DNA of 24,000 bases, from assembly GCA_963769885.1 (NCBI GenBank), contig CAVYNH010000006.1, positions 502,632-526,631 of the forward strand, read 5' to 3'. Numbering within the stretch: position 1 is the first letter of the stretch; the number at the start of each line of letters is the position of its first letter. Source of the DNA: Methanobacteriota archaeon. GTDB taxonomy: Archaea > Thermoplasmatota > E2 > DHVEG-1. The position numbers were made by a program, and so were the translations under genes. The notes under the pieces are model-generated. The model saw only the letters and a program-made list of their open reading frames with translations, was not told where the DNA came from and did no database searches. This document shows positions 7,822 through 14,852 of this stretch, piece after piece.

Positions 7822-8370
7822 AATTCTCTCCTGGCTTTTGGGTCCAAGGTGGTATACTCGTTGTCTCCGATGTAGTACAGCGGTTGTCGATGCTTGATGT
7901 TCAACAACTCGTTGGTGAACGAGTCATCGTCCGCGGTGATTGCGACCACCTCACCGATGAGAAGATCATGGTCACCGATACGGACGGCCTGGTGGAGGGT
8001 ACATTCGAGGTGGGCGTAGCCTTCGGCGAGGCTCGGGGTTTTCAGCTTCGGTACTCGGTTCGAAGGTGAGGCGGGTTTCCCGGGCCTTGTCTACGGTTCG
8101 CCCAGAGTGCGTTCCACAGTAGTCTGCCTGTTGAGCGAGTGAATAGGGGATGAAGTTGATGACGAACTCCTTGGTTTTGGTGATGCAGCCGTGGGAGTAG
8201 CGTCTGGGTGAGACGGAGATGCCGTAGAGTGGGGGGTTGCGGGAGATCGGGGTGTGCCAGGCAAGCGTGATGATGTTGGTCTTGCCATGGTCGTCGTTGC
8301 TGGTGACGAGCACGGTCTGCATGGGGAAGGCGTAGTGGTGGTAGGATGCGAGGGGTCGTGGTGTTTTCAT
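7818..8370 (-). pseudogene. Flavin reductase-like (FMN-binding split-barrel) protein, frame broken by one extra base near 8045-8055 (pseudogene or assembly indel)
   Basis: The tracked ORF 7972..8370 reads a typical flavin-reductase domain (PMQTVLVTSNDDHGKTNIITLAWHTPISRNPPLYGISVSP...INF...CGTHSGRTVDKARETRLTFEPS), then turns into P/R-rich text. The neighbouring frame reads (K)LKTPSLAEGYAHLECTLHQAVRIGDHDLLIGEVVAITADDDSFTNELLNIKHRQPLYYIGDNEYTTLDPKARREF*, the expected C-terminal half, stopping at 7818-7820. The span is 553 nt, which is 3n+1. Confidence 0.75.
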
Positions 8371-8603
8371 GAGGAGTGTTCCTCCGTGGTTTTTCGGATG
8401 GCGTCGAGGAGGCCGTGGGCGTAGTTGATGCAGCCGAAGGCGGTGAAGTAGTCGCGTTTGTTGTAGTAGTATTTGGTGTCTTCGTAGTATTGGCAGGCGA
8501 GGGTGAGGACGGCGGTCGTCGGTTCGGGGAGGCGGGGTGGGAGGGTTTTTTGGTTTTCTTCGAACATGGTGATGTCCGTGGCGACGCGGGTTTTTTGGTC
8601 CAT
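8367..8603 (-). CDS. DUF357-family small protein
   Basis: 78 aa. ACQYYEDTKYYYNKRDYFTAFGCINYAHGLLDA resembles the archaeal DUF357 signature (Y..D..yf...gDy..Al....YAhGwLDA). Its stop overlaps the ATG of the flavin reductase gene (ATGA at 8367-8370). Confidence 0.6.
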   Translation of the reverse strand: MDQKTRVATDITMFEENQKTLPPRLPEPTTAVLTLACQYYEDTKYYYNKRDYFTAFGCINYAHGLLDAIRKTTEEHSS

Positions 8604-8652
8604 GGTCTCTTGCCTTGACTTCGGGTGAGCGTCTTGGGTGGCTTTAAATGTT

Positions 8653-8691
8653 GTTTTGTGTAGTTTTGTCGTTTTGTATCCGATATTTTGT
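8653..8691. repeat. Four phased RTTTTGT tracts in a divergent promoter region
   Basis: GTTTTGT at 8653-8659, 8663-8669 and 8671-8677, and ATTTTGT at 8685-8691. They lie between the DUF357 operon (-) and the wHTH regulator gene (+). Confidence 0.5.
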
Positions 8692-8787
8692 TTCGTCGTC
8701 TGTGAGGCGACAAAAGTCGAAAGTTATTTAAAGCCGGGAGTCCACGGTTTTTTCATAGGTTCACGGTCTTAATTTGGATGTGGATGC

Positions 8788-9168
8788 ATGAGCCGTCGTG
8801 TTGGGACCCGGTTGTTGGAGGGCGCAGTGCAGGATCTCTTTGACTCGCGGGCGGAGGCGCGCATCTATCTGTTTCTGCTTCGTCATGAGGGGGCGCTGGG
8901 GGAGGAGGTGATCCGCGGGACGCGGCTTCATCCGAGTACGGTGCGGGAGCTGCTGTCGCGGATGTTTGCGCATCAGGTTATTGTGCGCCGGAAGCTGAAG
9001 ACCGATTCGATCGGGAAGAACCCGTACCTGTATTTTGCGGTGTCGCCGGTGGTGTTGTTGCGGCGAAGGGCGAAGACGCTGGAGCAGCGGTTGAACCTGA
9101 TTGCCTCGTACGGGAGCCGTCAGGAGACGGCGCATGTCCGTATCTGGGTCCGGGAGGAGGCGTCATGA
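8788..9168 (+). CDS. Winged-helix transcriptional regulator (TrmB/ArsR-like)
   Basis: 126 aa. AEARIYLFLLRHEGALGEEVIRGTRLHPSTVRELLSRMFAHQVIVRR fits a wHTH (helix-turn-helix plus wing) pattern. Its stop overlaps the start of the downstream transporter (ATGA at 9165-9168). Confidence 0.6.
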   Translation: MSRRVGTRLLEGAVQDLFDSRAEARIYLFLLRHEGALGEEVIRGTRLHPSTVRELLSRMFAHQVIVRRKLKTDSIGKNPYLYFAVSPVVLLRRRAKTLEQRLNLIASYGSRQETAHVRIWVREEAS

Positions 9169-11396
9169 TCGCGCATCGGCTCGCCCAGGTCCTGGTACGC
9201 CGGCCGAAGACGGTCTTGCTGGTGTTTACCATTGTCACTGTTCTTGTCGGGCTGCAGATGCATAACGTCTACATGCAGTCGGAACTGACCACGTATCTGC
9301 CACGCGATTCCCCGATGATCGCGCAGTGGGCGGCGCTGAACCAGGAGTTCCAGATCGGCTCGACGATTATCGTGTATGTGGAGGCTGACGACATCCGGGA
9401 TCCGCTGGTCCTGCAGGAGATGGACCGGGTGGCGACCCGGGTTGATACGTATTCGCTGGATCGTGGCGAGCTGGACGGCGTGGTCACGGTCACGAGCCTG
9501 GCGAGCCTGATCAAGGAGGAGCATGCGAAACCACTGCTCCCCGGGGGCTTCGGGGGGGAAGGCCTTAACGAGGTGCCGACGGACCCTGCGCTGATCACCA
9601 CATATCTTGCCCGGGTCCAGTCCATGAAGGAGACGCTGTTCCTGGATACGTATAAGGTGGGGGTCATCGTCTTTCAGCTGTCGCAGACCGCGGATGCGGC
9701 GAAGGTCCTACAGGCGGTCCATGAGGCGGTCGCGAAGAACGCCCATTACGCGGACATGACCGTCACGGGCAGCATCGCCGTGAAGCAGGCGATGCAGGTA
9801 CAGACCACGCAGTCGCTGCTGATTGTCGCCGTCATCGCCCTCGCGTTGGTCATGGTCAACATCTATCTGTTCCATCGGAGTCTGAAAAGCTTCGTGGTCG
9901 CGTTCCTGCCGCTGGGGTTCTCGTTGGCTCTCACCTTTGGGATCCTGGGGCTGGTGCATCCGGAGATCACGGTTCTCACGATCGCTGCTGTCGCCCTCCT
10001 CGTCGGTCTGGGCGATGACTACGCGGTCTACCTTTCCAGCCGCTTCGCCGAAGGGACGACCCAGAAGGATCAAATCGAGAGGGTCGAGTCGATGCTGCGG
10101 ATGACCGGCAAGGCCGTGTTCCTCTGCTGTCTGGCGACGGCGATCGGGTTCGGCTCGCTGATGACGTCCTCGATGGCGCCGATCGTCGCCTTCGGTTTCG
10201 TCTGCCTCCTGGGGACCATGCTGGTGTTCGTCTCCGCGGTCATCCTTGTCCCCTGCCTCTGCATCCTGCTCCATTATGAGAGCCATGAGACGGGCCGTCG
10301 CTGGCACCGCTTCTCCGCTTTCCTTGTTGACCAGCGGAAACGGCTCTTCGTCATCGGGTGCGCCTTCGTCGTCCTCTCGCTCGTGGTGCTCCCCCAGGTC
10401 AAAACCGACGTGAACTACCTGAAGATGGCGCCGCAGGACATCCCCGAGGTCCAGAAGCTCCTGGAGTATTCGGAGAAGTTCGGGAAAGGGGCGAACTTCA
10501 ACGCCCTCCTTGTCCAGACCGAGAATCAGGGGCTCATCGACCCTGAGACGATTGACGCGATCTACGCCCTGGAAACCCGGATCCGTGCCGCGGGCGGCTC
10601 CGCCTACTCTATCGTCGACGAGTTGAAGAAATACAATGAGGTCTTCGACCGAAACACCCTCCTCAGGAACATCACGGCGCTCGCTGGCATCAACACCCTC
10701 ATCTTCGACAAGATCGCGGAGAAAGGACTCGTGAACACGGATTGCTCCAAGACCCTCATCTTGGTCTCGTTCCCCGCGCAGCTCACCATCGAACAGCTCG
10801 AGACCGCTGTCGCCAGTGTCAACACCCTCGCGGCCTCCGCCGGCCTCCCCGGTGACGGCCGGGTCTCCTCCCTCATCGGCCAGGACGCCGTCACCGTCAT
10901 CGTCAACCAGCAGATCATGGGCACGCAGATGACCTCGCTGCTCACCGAGCTGTTGCTGATTCTCGCCTGCCTCATCATCGGGTTCAGCTCCGTCCGGGTC
11001 GGAATCCTCTCCATCGTCCCGGTCCTGTTCGTCCTTGCCTGGGAGCCAGGCTCCCTCGTGATGCTGAACATCCCCCTCTCTGTCGTCAACATCACCGTCG
11101 CCGCCATCGTGATCAGCACCGGCATCGACTACGGCATCATCGTTACTCAGCGGCTGAACGAAGAACGCGGCAAAGGCAGATCCAAGGAAGACGCCCTGAA
11201 GACGACGCTGGAGACCAGCGGCTTCTCCATCATCACCGCCTCCTCCACCACCATGGTCGCCTTGCTGGCCACCTTCTTCGTCAACATCCCGATGCTGCAG
11301 CAGTTCAGCGTCATCGTCATCGTCCTCTACCTGCTCGCGCTCGTCGCCTGCTTCTGCATCCTGCCTACCGTCTATGTCTCAAAATGGTTCCGGTAG
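9165..11396 (+). CDS. RND-superfamily transporter, HAE3/MMPL-type
   Basis: 743 aa with two blocks of about 5-6 hydrophobic helices (about residues 215-375 and 590-740), each preceded by a large soluble loop. This is the duplicated MMPL/SSD-like architecture typical of archaeal HAE3 exporters. Confidence 0.8.
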   Translation: MIAHRLAQVLVRRPKTVLLVFTIVTVLVGLQMHNVYMQSELTTYLPRDSPMIAQWAALNQEFQIGSTIIVYVEADDIRDPLVLQEMDRVATRVDTYSLDRGELDGVVTVTSLASLIKEEHAKPLLPGGFGGEGLNEVPTDPALITTYLARVQSMKETLFLDTYKVGVIVFQLSQTADAAKVLQAVHEAVAKNAHYADMTVTGSIAVKQAMQVQTTQSLLIVAVIALALVMVNIYLFHRSLKSFVVAFLPLGFSLALTFGILGLVHPEITVLTIAAVALLVGLGDDYAVYLSSRFAEGTTQKDQIERVESMLRMTGKAVFLCCLATAIGFGSLMTSSMAPIVAFGFVCLLGTMLVFVSAVILVPCLCILLHYESHETGRRWHRFSAFLVDQRKRLFVIGCAFVVLSLVVLPQVKTDVNYLKMAPQDIPEVQKLLEYSEKFGKGANFNALLVQTENQGLIDPETIDAIYALETRIRAAGGSAYSIVDELKKYNEVFDRNTLLRNITALAGINTLIFDKIAEKGLVNTDCSKTLILVSFPAQLTIEQLETAVASVNTLAASAGLPGDGRVSSLIGQDAVTVIVNQQIMGTQMTSLLTELLLILACLIIGFSSVRVGILSIVPVLFVLAWEPGSLVMLNIPLSVVNITVAAIVISTGIDYGIIVTQRLNEERGKGRSKEDALKTTLETSGFSIITASSTTMVALLATFFVNIPMLQQFSVIVIVLYLLALVACFCILPTVYVSKWFR

Positions 11397-11407
11397 CCAG
11401 ACAACCC

Positions 11408-11665
11408 TTATCTTTTTCGCTTCCGGAAATGCATCGTCCGCAGGAACGGCACGTCAAAGACGAGCGTCCCGACAAGGATAAGACAGCCTAACATGAACTC
11501 GGCCTCGTACGTCGGCAGACCCTTGAGGAGCCCTTGCCCAATAGACTCAATCAGAAAAAGAACCGCGATGAGGAACGGCGCGATGACTAGAATCGGCGTC
11601 AACCACAGCTCCAGCCGCCTGCTCAAGATGATTTTCTGCGCCTGCCGCAACCCCCGCTTGTCCAT
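11408..11665 (-). CDS. Small two-helix membrane protein, hypothetical
   Basis: 85-aa ORF with two hydrophobic segments and a basic C-terminus. Its ATG (11663-11665) directly abuts the stop of the upstream gene (11666-11668). Confidence 0.45.
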   Translation of the reverse strand: MDKRGLRQAQKIILSRRLELWLTPILVIAPFLIAVLFLIESIGQGLLKGLPTYEAEFMLGCLILVGTLVFDVPFLRTMHFRKRKR

Positions 11666-12364
11666 CTACGACCAGCCTCCAAGCGGATGGATGAGCTCAG
11701 GCGGCAGGATATTCACATGGAACAGTCCAAGGCTCTGCCACAACAGAAACAACAATAACGCGGGAACGAGCTGGATGAGGAGGTCGTCATCGAGCCACCG
11801 GAACTTCACCCGCTCTCCCAAGATTGCCCCAACGGCACCGATGAGACCGACGGCAACGAGAACAGGCGGCGCCGCCCGATACCAGGTCGCCACGAAAAAG
11901 CAGAAACTCAGCAAAAACCCGAGCAGATACGCGAACCGCCGAGGAAAACGATACCGGAATTCCCCGATTGACGGGTCGACGAAACAGGCGCAGAGAATGC
12001 AGGGGACGGCGATCTGTTGCGGAAATAACAAAAACAGAAGAATCAGGCCAACTCCGAAGTAAAAATAGCTCGCGGGACGGTGATGTTCATAGGACCGCAG
12101 CCCGAAAAAATATTGACGATCCAGTTCACCGCCGAGACGCCGGACCTCAATAATGCCTACACACACCAGGATAACCACCGGCACTACGATCTTCGCCAGG
12201 TCGATCCACGGCTCAACCGGCAGCAGGTAGTACACCAGAAAACAAGAGGCAAACGTATGAAACACCCGACGGAACCAATGGGCGTCCACCTCGATGGACA
12301 GAAGACGCTCCAAAAGCTCGTCCTGATATTCCTCAACCCGTTCCTTCAGCTGCTTCGCGTTCAT
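11666..12364 (-). CDS. Multi-pass integral membrane protein, function unknown
   Basis: 232 aa with about 6 hydrophobic helices after a charged N-terminal helix. TATA-like ATTAATAAT lies about 35 nt upstream. No family assigned with confidence. Confidence 0.55.
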   Translation of the reverse strand: MNAKQLKERVEEYQDELLERLLSIEVDAHWFRRVFHTFASCFLVYYLLPVEPWIDLAKIVVPVVILVCVGIIEVRRLGGELDRQYFFGLRSYEHHRPASYFYFGVGLILLFLLFPQQIAVPCILCACFVDPSIGEFRYRFPRRFAYLLGFLLSFCFFVATWYRAAPPVLVAVGLIGAVGAILGERVKFRWLDDDLLIQLVPALLLFLLWQSLGLFHVNILPPELIHPLGGWS

Positions 12365-12416
12365 GCAGTAAGCGATGGAAAAACCCTACTCGATTATTAA
12401 TCCTATGGCCTCGAAT

Positions 12417-13112
12417 TTAGTCGGTGCTTGACACCTGCTGATCCAGGGTCATAATCCCCTGACGGCTGGCCACAATCACAAGGTCCGCGAGATTAATGAA
12501 CAGCCCATTCTCAACCACTCCGGGAATCGCGTTAATGTCTTTTTCCAGGACTTCAGGCTGAGCAATCCGACCGAAGTCACAATCGATGATATAGTTGCCA
12601 TTATCCGTGATGAACTTCTCATCAACGATTGTGCGCAGCTCCGCCGTACATCCCAGGTCAACCAGGGATTTTTTCGTCGCCGCCCAGCCAAACTTCGTCA
12701 CTTCGACAGGCACGGGAAAATCAGCCCCGAGGCCTTTGACAATCTTGGTCTCATCCACGGCGATGATTTCCTTTTTCGTATGGTACGCCACGATCTTCTC
12801 GCGGGTCAGTGCGCCGCCACCGCCTTTAATGAGGTTCAAATGGGAGTCCACCTCGTCAGCGCCATCGATGGTGACGTCGATTTCTATAGTCTCGTCAAGC
12901 TCGATGATGGGGATGGCGAATTCACTGGCGAGTTTCTTGGATTTCATGGAGGTCGGGACAGCCTGTATCCGGAAGCCGTCTTTGACCATGGCGCCAAGCT
13001 TGCGAACGGCGAACTCAGCGGTTGAACCGGTCCCCAGACCTACAATCATTCCATCTTCGACGAACTGCACCGCGCGCTCCGCGGCCAGTTTCTTCATTTC
13101 CGGTTGTTCCAC
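12417..13112 (-). CDS. rpiA: Ribose-5-phosphate isomerase A
   Basis: Diagnostic RpiA motifs are present: VGLGTGST, IDVTIDGADEVD, LIKGGGGALTREKIV, GVVENGLF. Confidence 0.92.
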   Translation of the reverse strand: MEQPEMKKLAAERAVQFVEDGMIVGLGTGSTAEFAVRKLGAMVKDGFRIQAVPTSMKSKKLASEFAIPIIELDETIEIDVTIDGADEVDSHLNLIKGGGGALTREKIVAYHTKKEIIAVDETKIVKGLGADFPVPVEVTKFGWAATKKSLVDLGCTAELRTIVDEKFITDNGNYIIDCDFGRIAQPEVLEKDINAIPGVVENGLFINLADLVIVASRQGIMTLDQQVSSTD

Positions 13113-13145
13113 GCTGTCACCACTCTTGTAACCGGCGTCGTATAC

Positions 13146-13157
13146 AAAAACTTATAC
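13146..13157 (+). promoter_or_regulatory. TATA-like box, consistent with a leaderless kptA transcript
   Basis: aaaaacttatac is centred about 34 nt upstream of the ATG at 13187, in the rpiA/kptA divergent spacer. Confidence 0.35.
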
Positions 13158-13186
13158 TTTGGAGTGGCATTTCCCACCGTGACATT

Positions 13187-13891
13187 ATGCTAGGCAACTG
13201 TGATGACCACGGGTACTTCCGAGGCGAAGTCTGCCCAATCTGTAACCACAAGGGCCGTTTCCTGATGAGCGACCGTGAGCTCGACTCGCTGGGTCGAATC
13301 ATGGCCGGCGTCTTGCGGCATTTCCCGGAGAAATTGGGAGTCGTGGTCGACGGTCATGGCTGGGTCGATATTTCGAAGTTCGTGGAGGCAGTCGGCGGGA
13401 GCCGCTCGGGGTTCCATTGGTTGAAGACCACGCACGTCGAGGCCATCGCATTGACGGACCCGAAGGGGCGGTACCAGGTTGACGGTGGGATGATTCGGGC
13501 GACGTATGGGCATACCATCGATGTGAAGCTGGATGACCTGCCGCTGGCGGACAATGAGTTCTTCTATTACCCGGTGACCGAGGAGGAGATCGATTTGATC
13601 CTTGAGGGTGGGTTGAGGCCGATTGACCGTCGTCAGGTGCATCTCAGCGGGAGCATCGGGAAGGCGTTGGAGGCGGGTCGTGTGCGTACGGAGGATCCGT
13701 TGATTCTTCGGATTGATGGGAAGAAGGCCAAGGAGGACGGATTGCTCATTTATCGTGCCGGGTTCGATGTGTATGTGACGGACCGGGTTGACGCGAAGTA
13801 CATCTCTAAAGTTGATCCCTCCGAGTATACGGAATCTGGGGAAAAGAGCGATGAAACCGGCGAGGAACCCAGTGAGGAAAAAAGCGAATAG
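13187..13891 (+). CDS. kptA: RNA 2'-phosphotransferase (Tpt1/KptA family) with N-terminal Cys/His knuckle and acidic C-terminal tail
   Basis: The core LGRIMAGVLRHFPEKLGVVVDGHGWVDISKFV...IRATYGHTI...VHLS... is typical of Tpt1/KptA. The tracked ORF 13022..13891 overlaps rpiA antisense, so I start at the ATG at 13187. An alternative start at 13265 would remove the Zn-knuckle. Confidence 0.85.
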   Translation: MLGNCDDHGYFRGEVCPICNHKGRFLMSDRELDSLGRIMAGVLRHFPEKLGVVVDGHGWVDISKFVEAVGGSRSGFHWLKTTHVEAIALTDPKGRYQVDGGMIRATYGHTIDVKLDDLPLADNEFFYYPVTEEEIDLILEGGLRPIDRRQVHLSGSIGKALEAGRVRTEDPLILRIDGKKAKEDGLLIYRAGFDVYVTDRVDAKYISKVDPSEYTESGEKSDETGEEPSEEKSE

Positions 13892-13962
13892 ACGTGGGCC
13901 ATTGCTGAGGGGGGTGTCGAGGCATTCTCTTTCTTCGTTCTCGCTTGGGTGGGTACCGTTAG

Positions 13963-13978
13963 ATTTTTAATCATAAAG
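13963..13978 (+). promoter_or_regulatory. TATA-like box upstream of tRNA-Lys
   Basis: atttttaatcataaag lies about 40-50 nt upstream of the mature 5' end at 14015. Confidence 0.4.
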
Positions 13979-14014
13979 CAGTTAGGGTCTCCCACCAGGG
14001 TTTTACTCCTGGAA

Positions 14015-14089
14015 GGGCTTGTAGCTCAGCTAGGTTAGAGCAGTCGGCTCTTAACCGACTGGCCGTGGGTTCGAATCCCTCCAAGCCCG
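14015..14089 (+). tRNA. tRNA-Lys (anticodon CUU)
   Basis: Hand-folded cloverleaf: acceptor GGGCTTG/CAAGCCC, D-arm GCTC/GAGC, anticodon stem GTCGG/CCGAC with loop CTCTTAA (CTT), T-arm GTGGG-TTCGAAT-CCCTC (one U-U mismatch), discriminator G. No encoded CCA. Confidence 0.9.
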
Positions 14090-14092
14090 TTC

Positions 14093-14099
14093 TTTTTTT
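14093..14099 (+). terminator. Oligo-T terminator after tRNA-Lys
   Basis: T7 run 4 nt after the tRNA 3' end. Archaeal termination commonly uses oligo-T. Confidence 0.5.
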
Positions 14100-14256
14100 C
14101 AAACCAAGGAGGTATCGTATCGTGTTTGGTATTATCATGGCGGGGGTGGGGGTTGTTGTTCCTGTTGTTGTTGTCGGACTTGGCGTGGACGTAGTGAGGC
14201 CTTTATAACTCCTTGATGATTTCTGAACAGCAGAATTGGGTAATGTCCTTTGGGTG

Positions 14257-14589
14257 ATGGGTTATCAAAAAGAGGTGTCCTGAGTGTCGCATGAAAGCCG
14301 TCCGTCTCTATCAGAACCGGACGGTCGATGGGCGGCGGAAATGGGTTCCTGTGGCCTGGTGCTGTACTGAGTGTTCGTATACGTATACGATTGAGTCTAA
14401 TACGTTGCTGTATCCGATTGGGGGGAGCTCTATCAGGAGTCGTTTCAGGGGCTCTGCCCGAAGTGCGGGCAGAGATTGTCTCGGCTCTTTCGGCATAAGA
14501 ACCCGACCCGGGGCAAGCAGGAGTGGGTCTCCAGCGCGTGGTACTGCACGCGGTGTAAGTGGGTCTGGAACGATGCTGCCTCGCATTGA
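14257..14589 (+). pseudogene. Tandem double zinc-ribbon protein gene, split across two frames by indels in an A5 and a G6 run
   Basis: Module 1 is CPEC-x25-CTEC (frame of ATG 14291, but CPEC lies upstream of that ATG). Module 2 is CPKC-x26-CTRC (other frame, with no start codon of its own, ending at TGA 14587-14589). The modules are mutually similar (RLY/RLF, G..KWV/G..EWV, AWxCTxC). ATG 14257 (MGYQK...) joins module 1 if one A of 14267-14271 is removed. Module 2 joins if one G is added to 14420-14425. Confidence 0.55.
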
Positions 14590-14640
14590 CGATATGGATG
14601 AAGCGTGTTCAGCATTGTGCTAGGCGGACTCGCCGACCGG

Positions 14641-14646
14641 TTTTTT
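14641..14646 (+). terminator. Oligo-T run downstream of the zinc-ribbon gene
   Basis: T6 run about 50 nt after the TGA at 14589. Confidence 0.35.
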
Positions 14647-14674
14647 CAAGGTGGACGCTCCCCTGTTTTGGCGG

Positions 14675-14690
14675 CTATAAGTATAAATAC
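14675..14690 (+). promoter_or_regulatory. TATA-like box for rpl41e (and probably tRNA-Trp)
   Basis: ctataagtataaatac is centred about 50 nt upstream of the ATG at 14733. Confidence 0.4.
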
Positions 14691-14732
14691 AGCTATCCTT
14701 TTTAGGGCTGGGTATACACCAGAGGAAACGCA

Positions 14733-14831
14733 ATGAAACGCAGCTCACGGGTATGGAAGAAACGGCGGAAAATGCGCTGGAAGTGGCGCAAGAAACGGAT
14801 GCGCCGCGAGAAGCGCATGCGCAAACAGTGA
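14733..14831 (+). CDS. rpl41e: Ribosomal protein eL41 (L41e)
   Basis: The 32-codon ORF MKRSSRVWKKRRKMRWKWRKKRMRREKRMRKQ* is below the 60-aa ORF-track cutoff. The KRSSR.WKK...MRWKW.KKR.RR.KR pattern is the archaeal/eukaryotic eL41 signature. Confidence 0.8.
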   Translation: MKRSSRVWKKRRKMRWKWRKKRMRREKRMRKQ

Positions 14832-14852
14832 TCTTCGATGATTCGCCCCTAT

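Noticed and set aside
8648-8731. Short ORFs in long spacers: 8648-8731 (27 aa, MLFCVVLSFCIRYF...), a 23-aa minus-strand ORF (MEIVVEERGE...) within the 16269-16448 spacer, and 18644-18700 (18 aa).
   Set aside because: They have no ribosome-binding or promoter logic and no recognisable family. They overlap T-tract or promoter sequence. They are not supportable from sequence alone.
14214-14227. UGAUGA followed 3 nt later by CUGA (ccTTGATGAtttCTGAac), as a possible free-standing box C/D sRNA.
   Set aside because: A 3-nt spacing cannot hold a guide. I found no partner C'/D' boxes at about 12-nt spacing and no terminal stem. It is most likely a chance occurrence.
14376-14389. Perfect 14-nt palindrome CGTATACGTATACG.
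   Set aside because: It lies inside the zinc-ribbon coding frame (S-Y-T-Y-T) and is simply a tandem GTATAC duplication. No second copy or flanking regulatory context is present.
14015-14700. tRNA-Lys-adjacent integrated element or genomic island that would explain the broken zinc-ribbon gene.
   Set aside because: There is no integrase or recombinase gene. I could find no direct repeat of the tRNA 3' end downstream. The next genes (eL41, tRNA-Trp) are core.
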